Part shown: in pieces, positions 38,368-47,645 of the stretch
Position numbering within the stretch: the first letter of the stretch is position 1
Layout of the letters: the number at the start of each line of letters is the position of its first letter
NCBI GenBank assembly: GCA_046754285.1
Contig: JBHHVJ010000008.1
Location: 20,659 to 84,658 of the forward strand
Origin: Myxococcota bacterium
Lineage (GTDB): Bacteria > Myxococcota_A > UBA9160 > SZUA-336
Direction of reading: 5' to 3'
Length of the DNA stretch: 64,000 nt
Notes under the pieces: model-generated
Seen by the model: only the letters and a program-made list of their open reading frames with translations
The model's database searches: none
What the model was told of the DNA's origin: nothing
Translations under genes and position numbers: made by a program

Positions 38368-38395
38368 TAAAGCCCGCCCGCGCCCATTCCGATTC
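38368..38395 (+). promoter_or_regulatory. Putative sigma28-type promoter of the PilZ gene
   Basis: TAAA-N16-TCCGATTC. Confidence 0.6.
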
Positions 38396-38403
38396 TATCG
38401 TTC

Positions 38404-38760
38404 GTGAGCACCACCGCACGGGCACGCCAGCGCATCAACATCGATCCCCTCCGGGTGCGATTCCTGGCCGAGGGGCACGAGGGCGTCGGCCTGCTGACTG
38501 ACATCTCCCGCACCGGGCTCTTCATCCGAAGCCAGGAGCTGGCCCGGGCCGGTGCCGTCGTGGCCCTCCAGTTTCGCGCGCCGACCGGCGAGCTCATCGA
38601 TCTGCGGGGCGAGGTGCGCTGGAGCACCGAGGGCGAGACCGACGCGAATGGCTCGGAGGCGGGCTTCGGTGTCCTGGTCTACGAGGCTCCGCTGCCCTAC
38701 CGGGAGTTCTTTCTCTGGGCCCAGCGCAAGGCGGATAAGGACGACGCCGAGGAGTTGTGA
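38404..38760 (+). CDS. Stand-alone PilZ domain protein
   Basis: RARQR, DISRTGLFI, GEVRW, GFGV. Confidence 0.85.
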   Translation: MSTTARARQRINIDPLRVRFLAEGHEGVGLLTDISRTGLFIRSQELARAGAVVALQFRAPTGELIDLRGEVRWSTEGETDANGSEAGFGVLVYEAPLPYREFFLWAQRKADKDDAEEL

Positions 38761-38775
38761 TACCTCTCGGCTCTG

Positions 38776-39453
38776 ATGTCCAACGCCGGCCGTGATCGTC
38801 TCATCTTCGCGCTCGATCTTCCCACCCTCGCCGAGGCCGAGGCCTGGTGCGCCCGGATGGCGCCCGAGGTGGGTCTCTTCAAGGTCGGGCTCGAGCTCTT
38901 TGCGGCCGCGGGTCCGGCGGCTGTTCGCGCCGCCTCGCAGCAGGATCGCGCCGGGGTCTTCCTGGACCTGAAGCTGCACGACATCCCGACGACCGTCGAG
39001 CGGGCCACGCGTGCCGTGCGTGCGCTCGGCGCGCGAATGCTCAGCGTCCACGCGCAAGGGGGGACCGAGATGATGCGGGCCGCGAGCCGGGCGGCTGGGG
39101 ATGAGCTCTGCGTGCTCGCCGTGACCCGCCTGACGAGCCAGACGGCTGAGCCCGACGAGGTGGTGGGCCTGTCCCGCCTGGCGGTGGCGGCCGGCTGCGG
39201 GGGGATCGTCTGCGCGGGCCGTGAGGTCGCGGCCGTGCGCAAGGCCGTCGGTGAGGAGGCGACGCTGGTCTGTCCCGGTGTCCGTCCGCGGGGCGCCGAC
39301 CCCCAGGATCAGAAGCGCGTGGTCACCCCGGCCGACGCGATCCTTGCCGGTGCGAACTACGTCGTGATCGGACGCCCGCTGCGCGATGCGCCCGACCCGG
39401 TCGAGGCGGCACGAGCCGTCTCCCGTGAGCTGGCCCGCGCGCTCGGGGACTGA
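38776..39453 (+). CDS. pyrF: Orotidine-5'-phosphate decarboxylase
   Basis: [44 protein letters not shown]. Confidence 0.96.
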   Translation: MSNAGRDRLIFALDLPTLAEAEAWCARMAPEVGLFKVGLELFAAAGPAAVRAASQQDRAGVFLDLKLHDIPTTVERATRAVRALGARMLSVHAQGGTEMMRAASRAAGDELCVLAVTRLTSQTAEPDEVVGLSRLAVAAGCGGIVCAGREVAAVRKAVGEEATLVCPGVRPRGADPQDQKRVVTPADAILAGANYVVIGRPLRDAPDPVEAARAVSRELARALGD

Positions 39454-39747
39454 TCACTCGGGCGGCTTCACCTCGATGCGGGTCGCGACGAGCGTCTCAC
39501 CCTGCCGCTCGTAGAAGACGATCGCCCAGTCCCCGACCTCGACGTCCACGAAGCCCTCGACGCCCGGAGGGACGTCGAAGCTGCGATCGTCCAGGGTCAG
39601 GCTGCGCAGACCGGGGTCGTGCGCCGTGACCATCCCGGCGAGCTGCCCCTCCGGCGCATCGCCCCCCAGATCGAGCCCGGTGGCCGGGTCCGGCATCATA
39701 CCCAGAGCCAGCGCCAGCAGCAGACTCGGAATCCAGCGTCTTCCCAT
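39454..39747 (-). CDS. Small exported beta-rich protein (OB-fold-like) at the end of the pilY1 operon
   Basis: Signal peptide; GMVTAHD...LTLDDRSFDV...VEVGDWAIVFYE; GGAGG RBS. Confidence 0.65.
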   Translation of the reverse strand: MGRRWIPSLLLALALGMMPDPATGLDLGGDAPEGQLAGMVTAHDPGLRSLTLDDRSFDVPPGVEGFVDVEVGDWAIVFYERQGETLVATRIEVKPPE

Positions 39748-39770
39748 GGCTAGCCTCCCGTGGCGGTGGC

Positions 39771-42700
39771 TCAGAAGAGCTGTCGCCAGTACACGAGATC
39801 GATGGGCGGCGGAGGGGTCGCCGGCACCTCGAACTCGAAGATGTTGCCCAGTGACGTCTGGCCCACGATCACGACCTTGTTGAGTGCGACCGTGATGCGC
39901 GGATTCGTGGGGGCGCCCGGCCCCAGCGTCAACCGCCGGTTGTTCAGATCCGCACCTGCGGAAGCATCCAGCAGCCCGCCCGCGTCCTCCAGGTTCAAGA
40001 GCCAGATGTTCGTGGTGCCCACGGCATTGCAGACGTCCCCGCTGCCGTCGTCGGGCACGTAGGTGAGCGTGATCAGGACACCCGCGAAGATCACATGATC
40101 GGTAATGAACTTCTCACCGACGGTGGCTCGCAGGTAGTAGCCATCGTCGCTGGGATCCGGATCGGTCGTGAGCCCCGTGACGTCGTTCAGCCCCCGCGTC
40201 ACGCCATTCACGACGCTGTGACCCTCGCCGATCACGGTCCAATTCGGGTCGTTGGGATCCGTACCCAGCGCCGTCCGGTCCCAGACGACCCAGAGACGGT
40301 TGTTGTCGTCGTCATCTCCGTACAGGGGATCGCTCACGGCCACGCCGCGGTACTCCAGATCCGTCCGCTCGCCACTGGCGAAGGCCAGCACGAGCTCGCC
40401 GTTCAAGTAGGTCGCCGCGGGCGCGTTGAATATGCTGTGGTAGTGCTGTCCGCCGCTCGCCAGCGTCGCGGGCGCGGACTGGAAGAGCAGCCCCACCGGC
40501 CAGTTGTCGACGCGGCCGTCGGAGGGTGTGCTCTGATCCTCCCCGACCTGGCTGAGATCCCAGCGCCAGACCTGTCCACCCAGATCCACCGCGTAGATCA
40601 CGTCGGCGAACCCATCGAAGTCCAGATCCAGCACCGCGGGGGTCGCCGGCATGGAATAGCGCATGGCGTTGCGAATGGACCCGGGGGTGGGATCGAAGCG
40701 GGCCTCGGCCAGCAGCTCCCCGGTGTCCATCTTGACCATGAAGATGCCCTTGCTGAGGTCCGTCCAGGCGGCGGAGTTCGGATCGGAGACGTAGGCCACG
40801 TCGTTCGGGTTCCCATCAGGACGGTAGCCACCCGCGAAGATCGCGACCCACTGCTCGCGGCAACCGCCATCGTCGGTGGTGTCGGTGCCGCAGTAGTCGG
40901 TCCCGTTTGCGCTGCCGTGGCGAACCTTCACACGCGTGATGACGGGCTCCGACCAGGTCTCACCCACGGGCGCCTGGGTCTCGTCGAACTCCCAGAGCAG
41001 CTTTGGATAGGGTCCGTGTGGCCCGCTGTTCGCCCCCGGATCCGTGACATCGAGTGCGAGGTAGCCGCTGCCGCCCTCACGCATTCCCGTCACGAGAACC
41101 GTGGCCCACTCGCTCGTGTCCTTGCTCGTGTCGTTCGAGTTGCTGGGCAGCCAGACGTCGGCAGCCTCGGGACTGCCGTCCACGTAGTAGTGGTTTCGAG
41201 GCAGGTTGATGGGGATGTACTTGAGCTGGTCGAGCAGCAATCCCGGGACGTACCCGAAGCGCTCCTGGCCGTCGCCCTGGTCGTAGTAACCGTTCTCGAC
41301 CTCGCTCGTCGAGGGATCATCCCCAGTCTGAAAGCTTCCGGCGTCGAAGCCGTGGAGCATCCCGTCGTTGGCCCCGACGTACAGAACCCGATCCCGAGTG
41401 GCGTACTGGCCGAGGAACGAGGACGCATCGTGCGGGGGGCCGAACCCCTGCTCCTGAGCGAGGAACGCTGAGGGTGGCCCGATCGCGATTGGGCTGGAGT
41501 GGAAGATGTCCCCGAGCCGATTTGCTCGCAGCTCGCTGGTGTTCCCGTCCGAGTCCTGATCGAAGCGATCCTGGCCGTCGAGGTAGTCGACCAGACCGTC
41601 CGCCAGCTCCTCGGGGCTCGCGAAGCTCACCGCCGGATAGCCGGGGTAGAGGGAGAGATCCGAGCTCGTCACGGCCAGATCGGACGCGGTGATTGTTGGC
41701 TTGTCGAAGCTCACCTGCTGCCCCGCCCGGGTCGTGTAGAGCATGCGCGGAGGATGCGTTCCGCCCGAGAGGGCTGTCTGAGCGTCCCAGTACGGGTTGC
41801 GTGGCTCGATGAACTGGCCACTGGCGCTGTCGATCGCCGGATTGCCGAAGCGATCGAGAATCTGCAGGTCGGACGAGAGTCGGTAGGCCTCGAGGTGGCC
41901 CGGCCAGAAGGCATCGCTTGAGTCCGGAACGAAGTACGCGTTGTAGAAGCCGTCACCGAACGCGCTGCGGCTGGTGGGCACGGTGGCTGCGGCGAAGGCC
42001 GTCGACCGCGCGATGATGTCCTGGAGCGCTGCGCTGAGCTGGGCGACGAGCACGCTCGTGTCGGAGGTCGTGAAGTACGTCCCGGAGCCGTTCGCAGCGG
42101 TCTCGGAGAGCAGCGGGTGATCGATCGTGAAGCCGATCGTGTACGTGATCAGGTTCTGCGTTCCGTCGAGGATCGGGTCCAAGTCCACGGAGTTCAGGTA
42201 GTAGGCCACATCGTCCAGCCAGTCGGTCCCGTCCCAGGGATAGGTCAGCCCATCGTCGCGTCCCGTCTCGGGGGCGTCGACACAGCTACAGCTCGCCCCC
42301 ACGACCGTACACTCGTTGCAGTCTCCGTCCGCATTGCCGATCGTGGCGTTGAAGTCTCCCGAGTGGTGACTCTGATCATCCTTGGTCGGCTCGCCGTCGG
42401 TCACGATGATGACGAAGTTGTTTCGGCAGGAGACGTCCAGGGGAGAGCCTGGAACCGTTCCACCGGAGCCTCCGTTCTTCGTATTCTTGTTGTAGGTCGA
42501 GAAGCTTCCCAGCCCGTTCGCCCCGGCGAAATATCGGCCGATGTCGACGAGCGTCTCCGAGAGGGGCGTCCAGGTGTTCCCCACCATGTTCGAGATGGCG
42601 CTCATCACCGTCGTCTTGTTTCCATCGGTGATCGGGACCTTGACGAAGCCACCTTTGGGCTTGCTGCCCGACATGAACTGAGCCAGCCCGAATCGAACCT

Positions 42701-43193
42701 TCTCGTGGTAACCGAAGGGCTCCCCCGGATCATCGGGGTTCACGGTGTCGATCACCGCGTTGATGGTCTGCTTGGCGGCCTGCAGACGCGTCTGCTGCGG
42801 CTCGTCGGCCAGCATGGCAGAGGTGGTGCTCGCCTGAAAGAGCCAGTTCAAGTAGTTGTAATCGTAGCGTGTCCAGGAGGACGTCGTCGTATCCGTGTAG
42901 ATGGTACGCACCTGCCCCTTGCACGATGCCTGGAAGGACGAGCCGTTGGAGGGGCTGAAGAAGTAGGTGCGGGTTCCGGTGGCGCTGGGTGTGAGGCAGG
43001 AGCTGTAGAGAATGTTTGGATCGAAATCGTCGTCCCAGAGGTGGTGGTTCATCGACCCGGAGTTGTCGAAGAGGATCATCACGTTGGGGGGGACCGACGT
43101 GGTCAGCAGATCCAAGTCGCCTTGGGCCCGCCCATCTCGCGCCAGAACGAGCGCGAGCAGCGTCCAGAGCAGCATCGGGAAGCGGGTTCTCAC
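39771..43193 (-). CDS. pilY1: Type IV pilus tip adhesin PilY1/PilC (vWA + beta-propeller)
   Basis: FDNSGSM MIDAS, TPLSETL, VTDGEP; LGDIFHSSP, YVGANDGMLHGF, YYVDGSP, YAVDLGGQVWR, YWRQLF. Confidence 0.92.
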   Translation of the reverse strand: MRTRFPMLLWTLLALVLARDGRAQGDLDLLTTSVPPNVMILFDNSGSMNHHLWDDDFDPNILYSSCLTPSATGTRTYFFSPSNGSSFQASCKGQVRTIYTDTTTSSWTRYDYNYLNWLFQASTTSAMLADEPQQTRLQAAKQTINAVIDTVNPDDPGEPFGYHEKVRFGLAQFMSGSKPKGGFVKVPITDGNKTTVMSAISNMVGNTWTPLSETLVDIGRYFAGANGLGSFSTYNKNTKNGGSGGTVPGSPLDVSCRNNFVIIVTDGEPTKDDQSHHSGDFNATIGNADGDCNECTVVGASCSCVDAPETGRDDGLTYPWDGTDWLDDVAYYLNSVDLDPILDGTQNLITYTIGFTIDHPLLSETAANGSGTYFTTSDTSVLVAQLSAALQDIIARSTAFAAATVPTSRSAFGDGFYNAYFVPDSSDAFWPGHLEAYRLSSDLQILDRFGNPAIDSASGQFIEPRNPYWDAQTALSGGTHPPRMLYTTRAGQQVSFDKPTITASDLAVTSSDLSLYPGYPAVSFASPEELADGLVDYLDGQDRFDQDSDGNTSELRANRLGDIFHSSPIAIGPPSAFLAQEQGFGPPHDASSFLGQYATRDRVLYVGANDGMLHGFDAGSFQTGDDPSTSEVENGYYDQGDGQERFGYVPGLLLDQLKYIPINLPRNHYYVDGSPEAADVWLPSNSNDTSKDTSEWATVLVTGMREGGSGYLALDVTDPGANSGPHGPYPKLLWEFDETQAPVGETWSEPVITRVKVRHGSANGTDYCGTDTTDDGGCREQWVAIFAGGYRPDGNPNDVAYVSDPNSAAWTDLSKGIFMVKMDTGELLAEARFDPTPGSIRNAMRYSMPATPAVLDLDFDGFADVIYAVDLGGQVWRWDLSQVGEDQSTPSDGRVDNWPVGLLFQSAPATLASGGQHYHSIFNAPAATYLNGELVLAFASGERTDLEYRGVAVSDPLYGDDDDNNRLWVVWDRTALGTDPNDPNWTVIGEGHSVVNGVTRGLNDVTGLTTDPDPSDDGYYLRATVGEKFITDHVIFAGVLITLTYVPDDGSGDVCNAVGTTNIWLLNLEDAGGLLDASAGADLNNRRLTLGPGAPTNPRITVALNKVVIVGQTSLGNIFEFEVPATPPPPIDLVYWRQLF

Positions 43194-43699
43194 CGGTAGG
43201 ATCCTCCACCGCTGGGGTCCAGCACGGCGTACTGTGCCTCCAGCCCGACACGCCCTCCCGAAGTGTTGTTGAAATCTGTGGCCGTCACGTTCACCGAGTA
43301 GCTGAAGTAACGGATCGCCCCGTTGATCTGGTCGCCATCACGCGCCCGTCCCGTACCGTGCTTGACGATATCCTGTTGCACTCCGGCTTCCGGCAGACCG
43401 GTCAGCACGGTGGTGAACGTTCCGCTGTGCGGATCCTGGATGAAATTGTTGTAGGTGAGGCCAACCTGCTTGTTCACGGGGCTGGCGTTCGTGAGCTGCT
43501 GCACGACGACCTCGAGCAGACCCTCGGCGGCATACAGATTTCGCGTCTGGTGACGCGCCCGGCCTCCGCCCGTCGACTCCTGAGCGGAGTGCTGGAGTGC
43601 AGTGACCGCCAGGGCGCTGATCAGCAGCAGCAGAATCACGGCGATGAGCACGGCGATGCCTTCTTCGCGACCGGTGTGGAGGTGCGGGGGACGGGTCAT
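43190..43699 (-). CDS. pilX: Minor pilin PilX-like
   Basis: REEG/IAVLIAVILLLLIS prepilin lacking E5; NLYAAEG. Confidence 0.78.
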   Translation of the reverse strand: MTRPPHLHTGREEGIAVLIAVILLLLISALAVTALQHSAQESTGGGRARHQTRNLYAAEGLLEVVVQQLTNASPVNKQVGLTYNNFIQDPHSGTFTTVLTGLPEAGVQQDIVKHGTGRARDGDQINGAIRYFSYSVNVTATDFNNTSGGRVGLEAQYAVLDPSGGGSYR

Positions 43700-43708
43700 G
43701 GCAGGCTC

Positions 43709-44683
43709 CTAGGGTTGGGTCGAGATGTTGCGGGGCATCACGTTGGCAGCGAAGACCCGCCGCTGGAACGCGTCCGCGGCTCCGGCGGCACGGTTGGCGA
43801 TCACCGGTCGCTGGCCACCGTTGAACTTTTTCGTGCTGCCGATGTCGGCCTGGGTCGAGCGCGACACCACCGTGATCCGCACGCGTGAGATCGTCGCCGG
43901 GTTGAGTCCGTTGACGGGATCGTTCAGGTTGTGGACGGGTGCGTTCGTGGGCGTGGCAGGTGCCCAGTACTCGACCTGCAAATCGTCGATCGTCGAGGAC
44001 ATGAGCTGGCCGTTCCGGGTCAGGTTCGTCGCTGCCCCCCCGCCCGGAGGTGCCGTGAGCTCGTAGATGATCGCCGGGACCACGCGTGTGTTGGCCAGCG
44101 TGAAAGGCGTGGCCGGAAGCGCGTGGGCAGCGTTCAGCGTGATCGTGTTCGTGACCGGATCGAGCGCCGCGATCGCGGCGCAGTGTGAGGTGGTCCCATC
44201 CGAGATGATGACGCCCGAGCCGACCGCAAAATCATTTGCGGTCAGGACCCCGTCGATGTCGAGGCTACGGATCTGCACCTGGGTGGGTGGGTTGATCTGC
44301 GTCACCTGATTCGAGTCTGAGACCAGGAAGTGCTGCACCTGGAAGCTCAAGGTCGTCTCGGGCGTGGCCGCGTCCGGAAGGTCGAAGTACGTCGAGTCAC
44401 TGACGCAGAATCGGTCGGCATTCAGGGCTCCCCCATCGACGCTCGCGATCCCCGAGACACCCGGAACCATGAACCCGGCCATGCGGGTGTCCTGCTTGAG
44501 CAGGTCGAGCACGAGCCGGGCGTCCTCCTGGGTCTCGACCACGCGCTCGTTGGTGTTGTAGAAGCGTTTCTGACCTTCGAAGCTGCTGGCCAGCGCCATG
44601 CCCAGGAGGCCGACGAGGACGACCGCGATCATCAGCTCCGGAATCGTGAAGCCTTGGTTCGATCTTGCGCTTCGCATGCTCAT
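43709..44683 (-). CDS. pilW: Minor pilin PilW-like
   Basis: G/FTIPELMIA; QEDARLVLDLLKQDTRMAG; IDDLQVEY. Confidence 0.82.
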   Translation of the reverse strand: MSMRSARSNQGFTIPELMIAVVLVGLLGMALASSFEGQKRFYNTNERVVETQEDARLVLDLLKQDTRMAGFMVPGVSGIASVDGGALNADRFCVSDSTYFDLPDAATPETTLSFQVQHFLVSDSNQVTQINPPTQVQIRSLDIDGVLTANDFAVGSGVIISDGTTSHCAAIAALDPVTNTITLNAAHALPATPFTLANTRVVPAIIYELTAPPGGGAATNLTRNGQLMSSTIDDLQVEYWAPATPTNAPVHNLNDPVNGLNPATISRVRITVVSRSTQADIGSTKKFNGGQRPVIANRAAGAADAFQRRVFAANVMPRNISTQP

Positions 44684-45150
44684 GGCCCCTTGATGCTCTG
44701 GAGCACGGCCGTACGCTCCACTCCATTCGCGTTCGTCCAGCTCACCGTCACGGTGATCTCCGTCAGACCGTGCGGGGGCTGGTTGGGCGCGATCGTCCAG
44801 CTGCGCCGGTAGCTCGTCGTATCCGGATTGGCCGGCCCCAGCGGCGCGTGGGGATTGCCCGGGATGGCCGCATTGTTGGCGTCGGTCTGATCCACCACGG
44901 CGGTCGTGAAGAAGGTGGGTCCCCAGGGAGGCGGTGCACTCCAGGGGAGCGCCCGGAAGGTCTCCATGAGCTCCTCGGCCAGATACATCGCCTGCTGCGC
45001 GTTTCGCGACGTAGACGTGAGTCGCAGCGCGGAGAGCTGGCCCACACCGATCGACAGCAGCCCGATGCTCAGGATGGTGAAGGCGATCATCACCTCGAGC
45101 AGCGTGAAGCCCGCCTGGCTACGTATTCTGGGCGCTTCGGGTCTGGGCAT
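44680..45150 (-). CDS. pilV: Minor pilin PilV-like
   Basis: G/FTLLEVMIAFTILSIGLL; AMYLAEELME; ITVTVSW. Confidence 0.82.
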   Translation of the reverse strand: MPRPEAPRIRSQAGFTLLEVMIAFTILSIGLLSIGVGQLSALRLTSTSRNAQQAMYLAEELMETFRALPWSAPPPWGPTFFTTAVVDQTDANNAAIPGNPHAPLGPANPDTTSYRRSWTIAPNQPPHGLTEITVTVSWTNANGVERTAVLQSIKGP

Positions 45151-45159
45151 GCGATCCTC

Positions 45160-45870
45160 CTATCGCCACACCGTCTGTGCGGGATTGGCATTGGGCTGGA
45201 GCGCGCGGACGCGCACACCCCCGAGGGGCAGCAGAATCACCGCGTACACGCTCTTGTCGTTGTCCGTGATGTAGACGGCGCCCGCACCCGAGCCCGGGTT
45301 CGTCGGGGTTGCGAGGCTGACCGGAATACCCCGCGGGTTGAAGCCCACCGTGGGGTTGAAGTTGAAGGGTGCGTTCGGGAACGTGCTCCCCCGTCCCGTC
45401 GCGGCGAGCGCCGCGAGGTTCGGCCCCACGGCCGCCGCTGCGGCGTCCTCGGGAGGAAAAGTCGCGTTCCCATGCGGAGCCGCAGCTCCGGCGCCGTAGG
45501 CCGTCACATTGGGGTGTGTGTTCTCGAACGCGAAGATCGGTCGCTGGAGGTCGGGAGCGCTCAGCAGAAAGTCGCCATCCACGTCCTCCACCATCGTCGC
45601 GATCTGAGGCGCACCGCCGCCGCCGGGATTCTGGAAGATGAGCGGATTCGAGAAGATGACGAACTGGTTGCGGCCCCGATCGATGGCGAGCTGACGCGCC
45701 TCGCTGAGGATGCGCGCGATCTTCTGTGTGTTGGCGCGGGTATCCTCGCGGAGGAAGTAACGGGCGAACGACGGCGCGGCCATCGCGCTGAGGATCCCTA
45801 GGATCGCCACCACGATCATCAGCTCGGTTACCGTGAATCCGAGCTCCCTGCGTCTGCGCAACTCGTACAT
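45160..45870 (-). CDS. fimT: Minor pilin FimT/FimU-like
   Basis: G/FTVTELMIVVAILGILSAMAAPSF; ARQLAI; FNPRG. Confidence 0.82.
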   Translation of the reverse strand: MYELRRRRELGFTVTELMIVVAILGILSAMAAPSFARYFLREDTRANTQKIARILSEARQLAIDRGRNQFVIFSNPLIFQNPGGGGAPQIATMVEDVDGDFLLSAPDLQRPIFAFENTHPNVTAYGAGAAAPHGNATFPPEDAAAAAVGPNLAALAATGRGSTFPNAPFNFNPTVGFNPRGIPVSLATPTNPGSGAGAVYITDNDKSVYAVILLPLGGVRVRALQPNANPAQTVWR

Positions 45871-45894
45871 CGCCTCACCTCCGAAGCGCTTTGG

Positions 45895-45910
45895 AGCAAG
45901 CGACGTGCCC
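45895..45910 (-). promoter_or_regulatory. Putative sigma54 promoter of the minor pilin operon
   Basis: Minus strand GGGCAC-GTCGC-TTGCT (GG-N10-GC), 24 nt upstream of the ATG. Confidence 0.7.
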
Positions 45911-46040
45911 GCGGCTCAACGGCGCGCTCCGTGCGCCACGGCGCGGAGCTGCACGGCGACTGCCGTCCGGGGAGCGGCAAGAGATGCGGGGTGCGAAAAC
46001 TTTGCGGGGTGGGTAGGCTCGCGGGGGAAAGGAGGCTGCC

Positions 46041-47645
46041 TTGCAGAGCCCGATCCCTCTCAAGACGACGCAGGCGACCCTGGACACGCTCGACACGATC
46101 ATGGCGCGTACGATCGATGCGGCCCGAGACCGTCCCATCGACGATCAGCAGGTGGTCGTGTCGCGCATCGCGGACCTGGCGACCCGGCTGCGGGCCGCCC
46201 GCGACCTTCTCGAGTACGCCGCCGAGGCGGGCTCGGCCTTCGAGGAGAAGGCGGGCATCTTCGCCGCGGCGGCCGCGCAGCAGATCGTGGAGATGGTGCG
46301 GGTCCACGGCCCGGAGCACGGGATCGAGGACGTGAACTGGATCGGCCCGGAGCTGGAGTCGTTTGCGCGCGAGGGCCTGGCCGAGGCACGGCTGCGAGCC
46401 CTGGGCCGTCAGGTCGCCGAGCGGCGGGGACGAAACGACTGCCCACTCGACGAGATTCACGAGCTCACCCGAGATGCGGTTCGCGAGTTCGCCGAAGCCG
46501 AGATCGCCCCGCACGCCGAGCGGATCCACCGGACCGATGCCCTGGTTCCCGAGAGCTTCATCGAGAAGATGGCGGAGCTCGGATACTTCGGCCTCTCGAT
46601 CCCGGAGCGCTTCGGCGGCAGCGAGATGGGCAACCTGGCCATGGTCGTCACGACCGAGGAGCTCTCGCGCGTCTCCTTGGCCGCGGCCGGCTCGCTGATC
46701 ACGCGACCGGAGATCCTCAGCAAAGCACTGCTGGCCGGCGGCACCGAGGAGCAGCAGCGGCGCTGGCTCCCCCCCATCGCCCGCGGTGAGCTCATGGTGG
46801 GCATCAGCGTGACCGAGCCCGACGTGGGCAGCGACGTGGCGAGCGTGAAGTGCCGCGCCCAGCCCGCCGAACTCGAGGGCGTAACGGGCTACCGAATCAC
46901 GGGGCCGAAGGCCTGGTGCACCTTCGCAGGCCGGGCCGACGTCCTGGCCGTGCTCTGCCGGACCGATCCCGATCCCTCGCTCGGCGCCCGCGGCCTTTCG
47001 CTCTTCATCGTTCCGAAGCCGCGCTCCGATGGGCACGAGTTCGAGGTCAGGCAACCTGGCGGAGGCATGCTCAGCGGCAAGGCGGACGCGACCCCGGGCT
47101 ATCGCGGGATGCACTCCTTCACGCTCAGCTTCGAGGACTACTTCGTTCCGGCCGATCATCTCGTCGGGCAGGAGCGCGGTCTGGGCAAGGGCTTCTATCT
47201 CCAGATGGGAGGCTTTGCAGCCGGGCGCCTCCAGACCGGGGGTCGGGCCTGCGGCGTGGCGCAGGCGGCGCTCGAGAAGACGGCCGAGTACGTCGTCGAC
47301 CGGCTGCAGTTCGGAAGGCCCGTGAGCGAGTTCCAGCTCACGCAGCACAAGCTCGGCTGGATGGACGTTCAGATCGCGGCCGCACGCGCGATCACGTACG
47401 CCGCGGCCCGTGCGATGGACGAGGACGAGCGTGCGGCCGCCCCCTACGCGGCGCAGTGCAAGCTGCTGGCCTGCGATGTGGCGGTGGAGGTGACCCAGGT
47501 CGGCCAGCTCCTGCACGGGGGCTGGGGCTACGCCGAGGAGTATCCGATCAGCCGCTACGTGATCGACGCGCAGGTGCTGCCGATCTTCGAGGGCGTGAAG
47601 CCCATCCTGCAGCTCAAGGTCGTGGGTCGGAGCCTTCTCGCCTGA
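46041..47645 (+). CDS. Acyl-CoA dehydrogenase, likely (2S)-methylsuccinyl-CoA dehydrogenase-like
   Basis: About 140-aa N-terminal helical extension; GSLITRPEI, TEPDVGSD, GYRGM, RLQTGGRA, HGGWGYAEEY, IFEG. Confidence 0.75.
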   Translation: MQSPIPLKTTQATLDTLDTIMARTIDAARDRPIDDQQVVVSRIADLATRLRAARDLLEYAAEAGSAFEEKAGIFAAAAAQQIVEMVRVHGPEHGIEDVNWIGPELESFAREGLAEARLRALGRQVAERRGRNDCPLDEIHELTRDAVREFAEAEIAPHAERIHRTDALVPESFIEKMAELGYFGLSIPERFGGSEMGNLAMVVTTEELSRVSLAAAGSLITRPEILSKALLAGGTEEQQRRWLPPIARGELMVGISVTEPDVGSDVASVKCRAQPAELEGVTGYRITGPKAWCTFAGRADVLAVLCRTDPDPSLGARGLSLFIVPKPRSDGHEFEVRQPGGGMLSGKADATPGYRGMHSFTLSFEDYFVPADHLVGQERGLGKGFYLQMGGFAAGRLQTGGRACGVAQAALEKTAEYVVDRLQFGRPVSEFQLTQHKLGWMDVQIAAARAITYAAARAMDEDERAAAPYAAQCKLLACDVAVEVTQVGQLLHGGWGYAEEYPISRYVIDAQVLPIFEGVKPILQLKVVGRSLLA

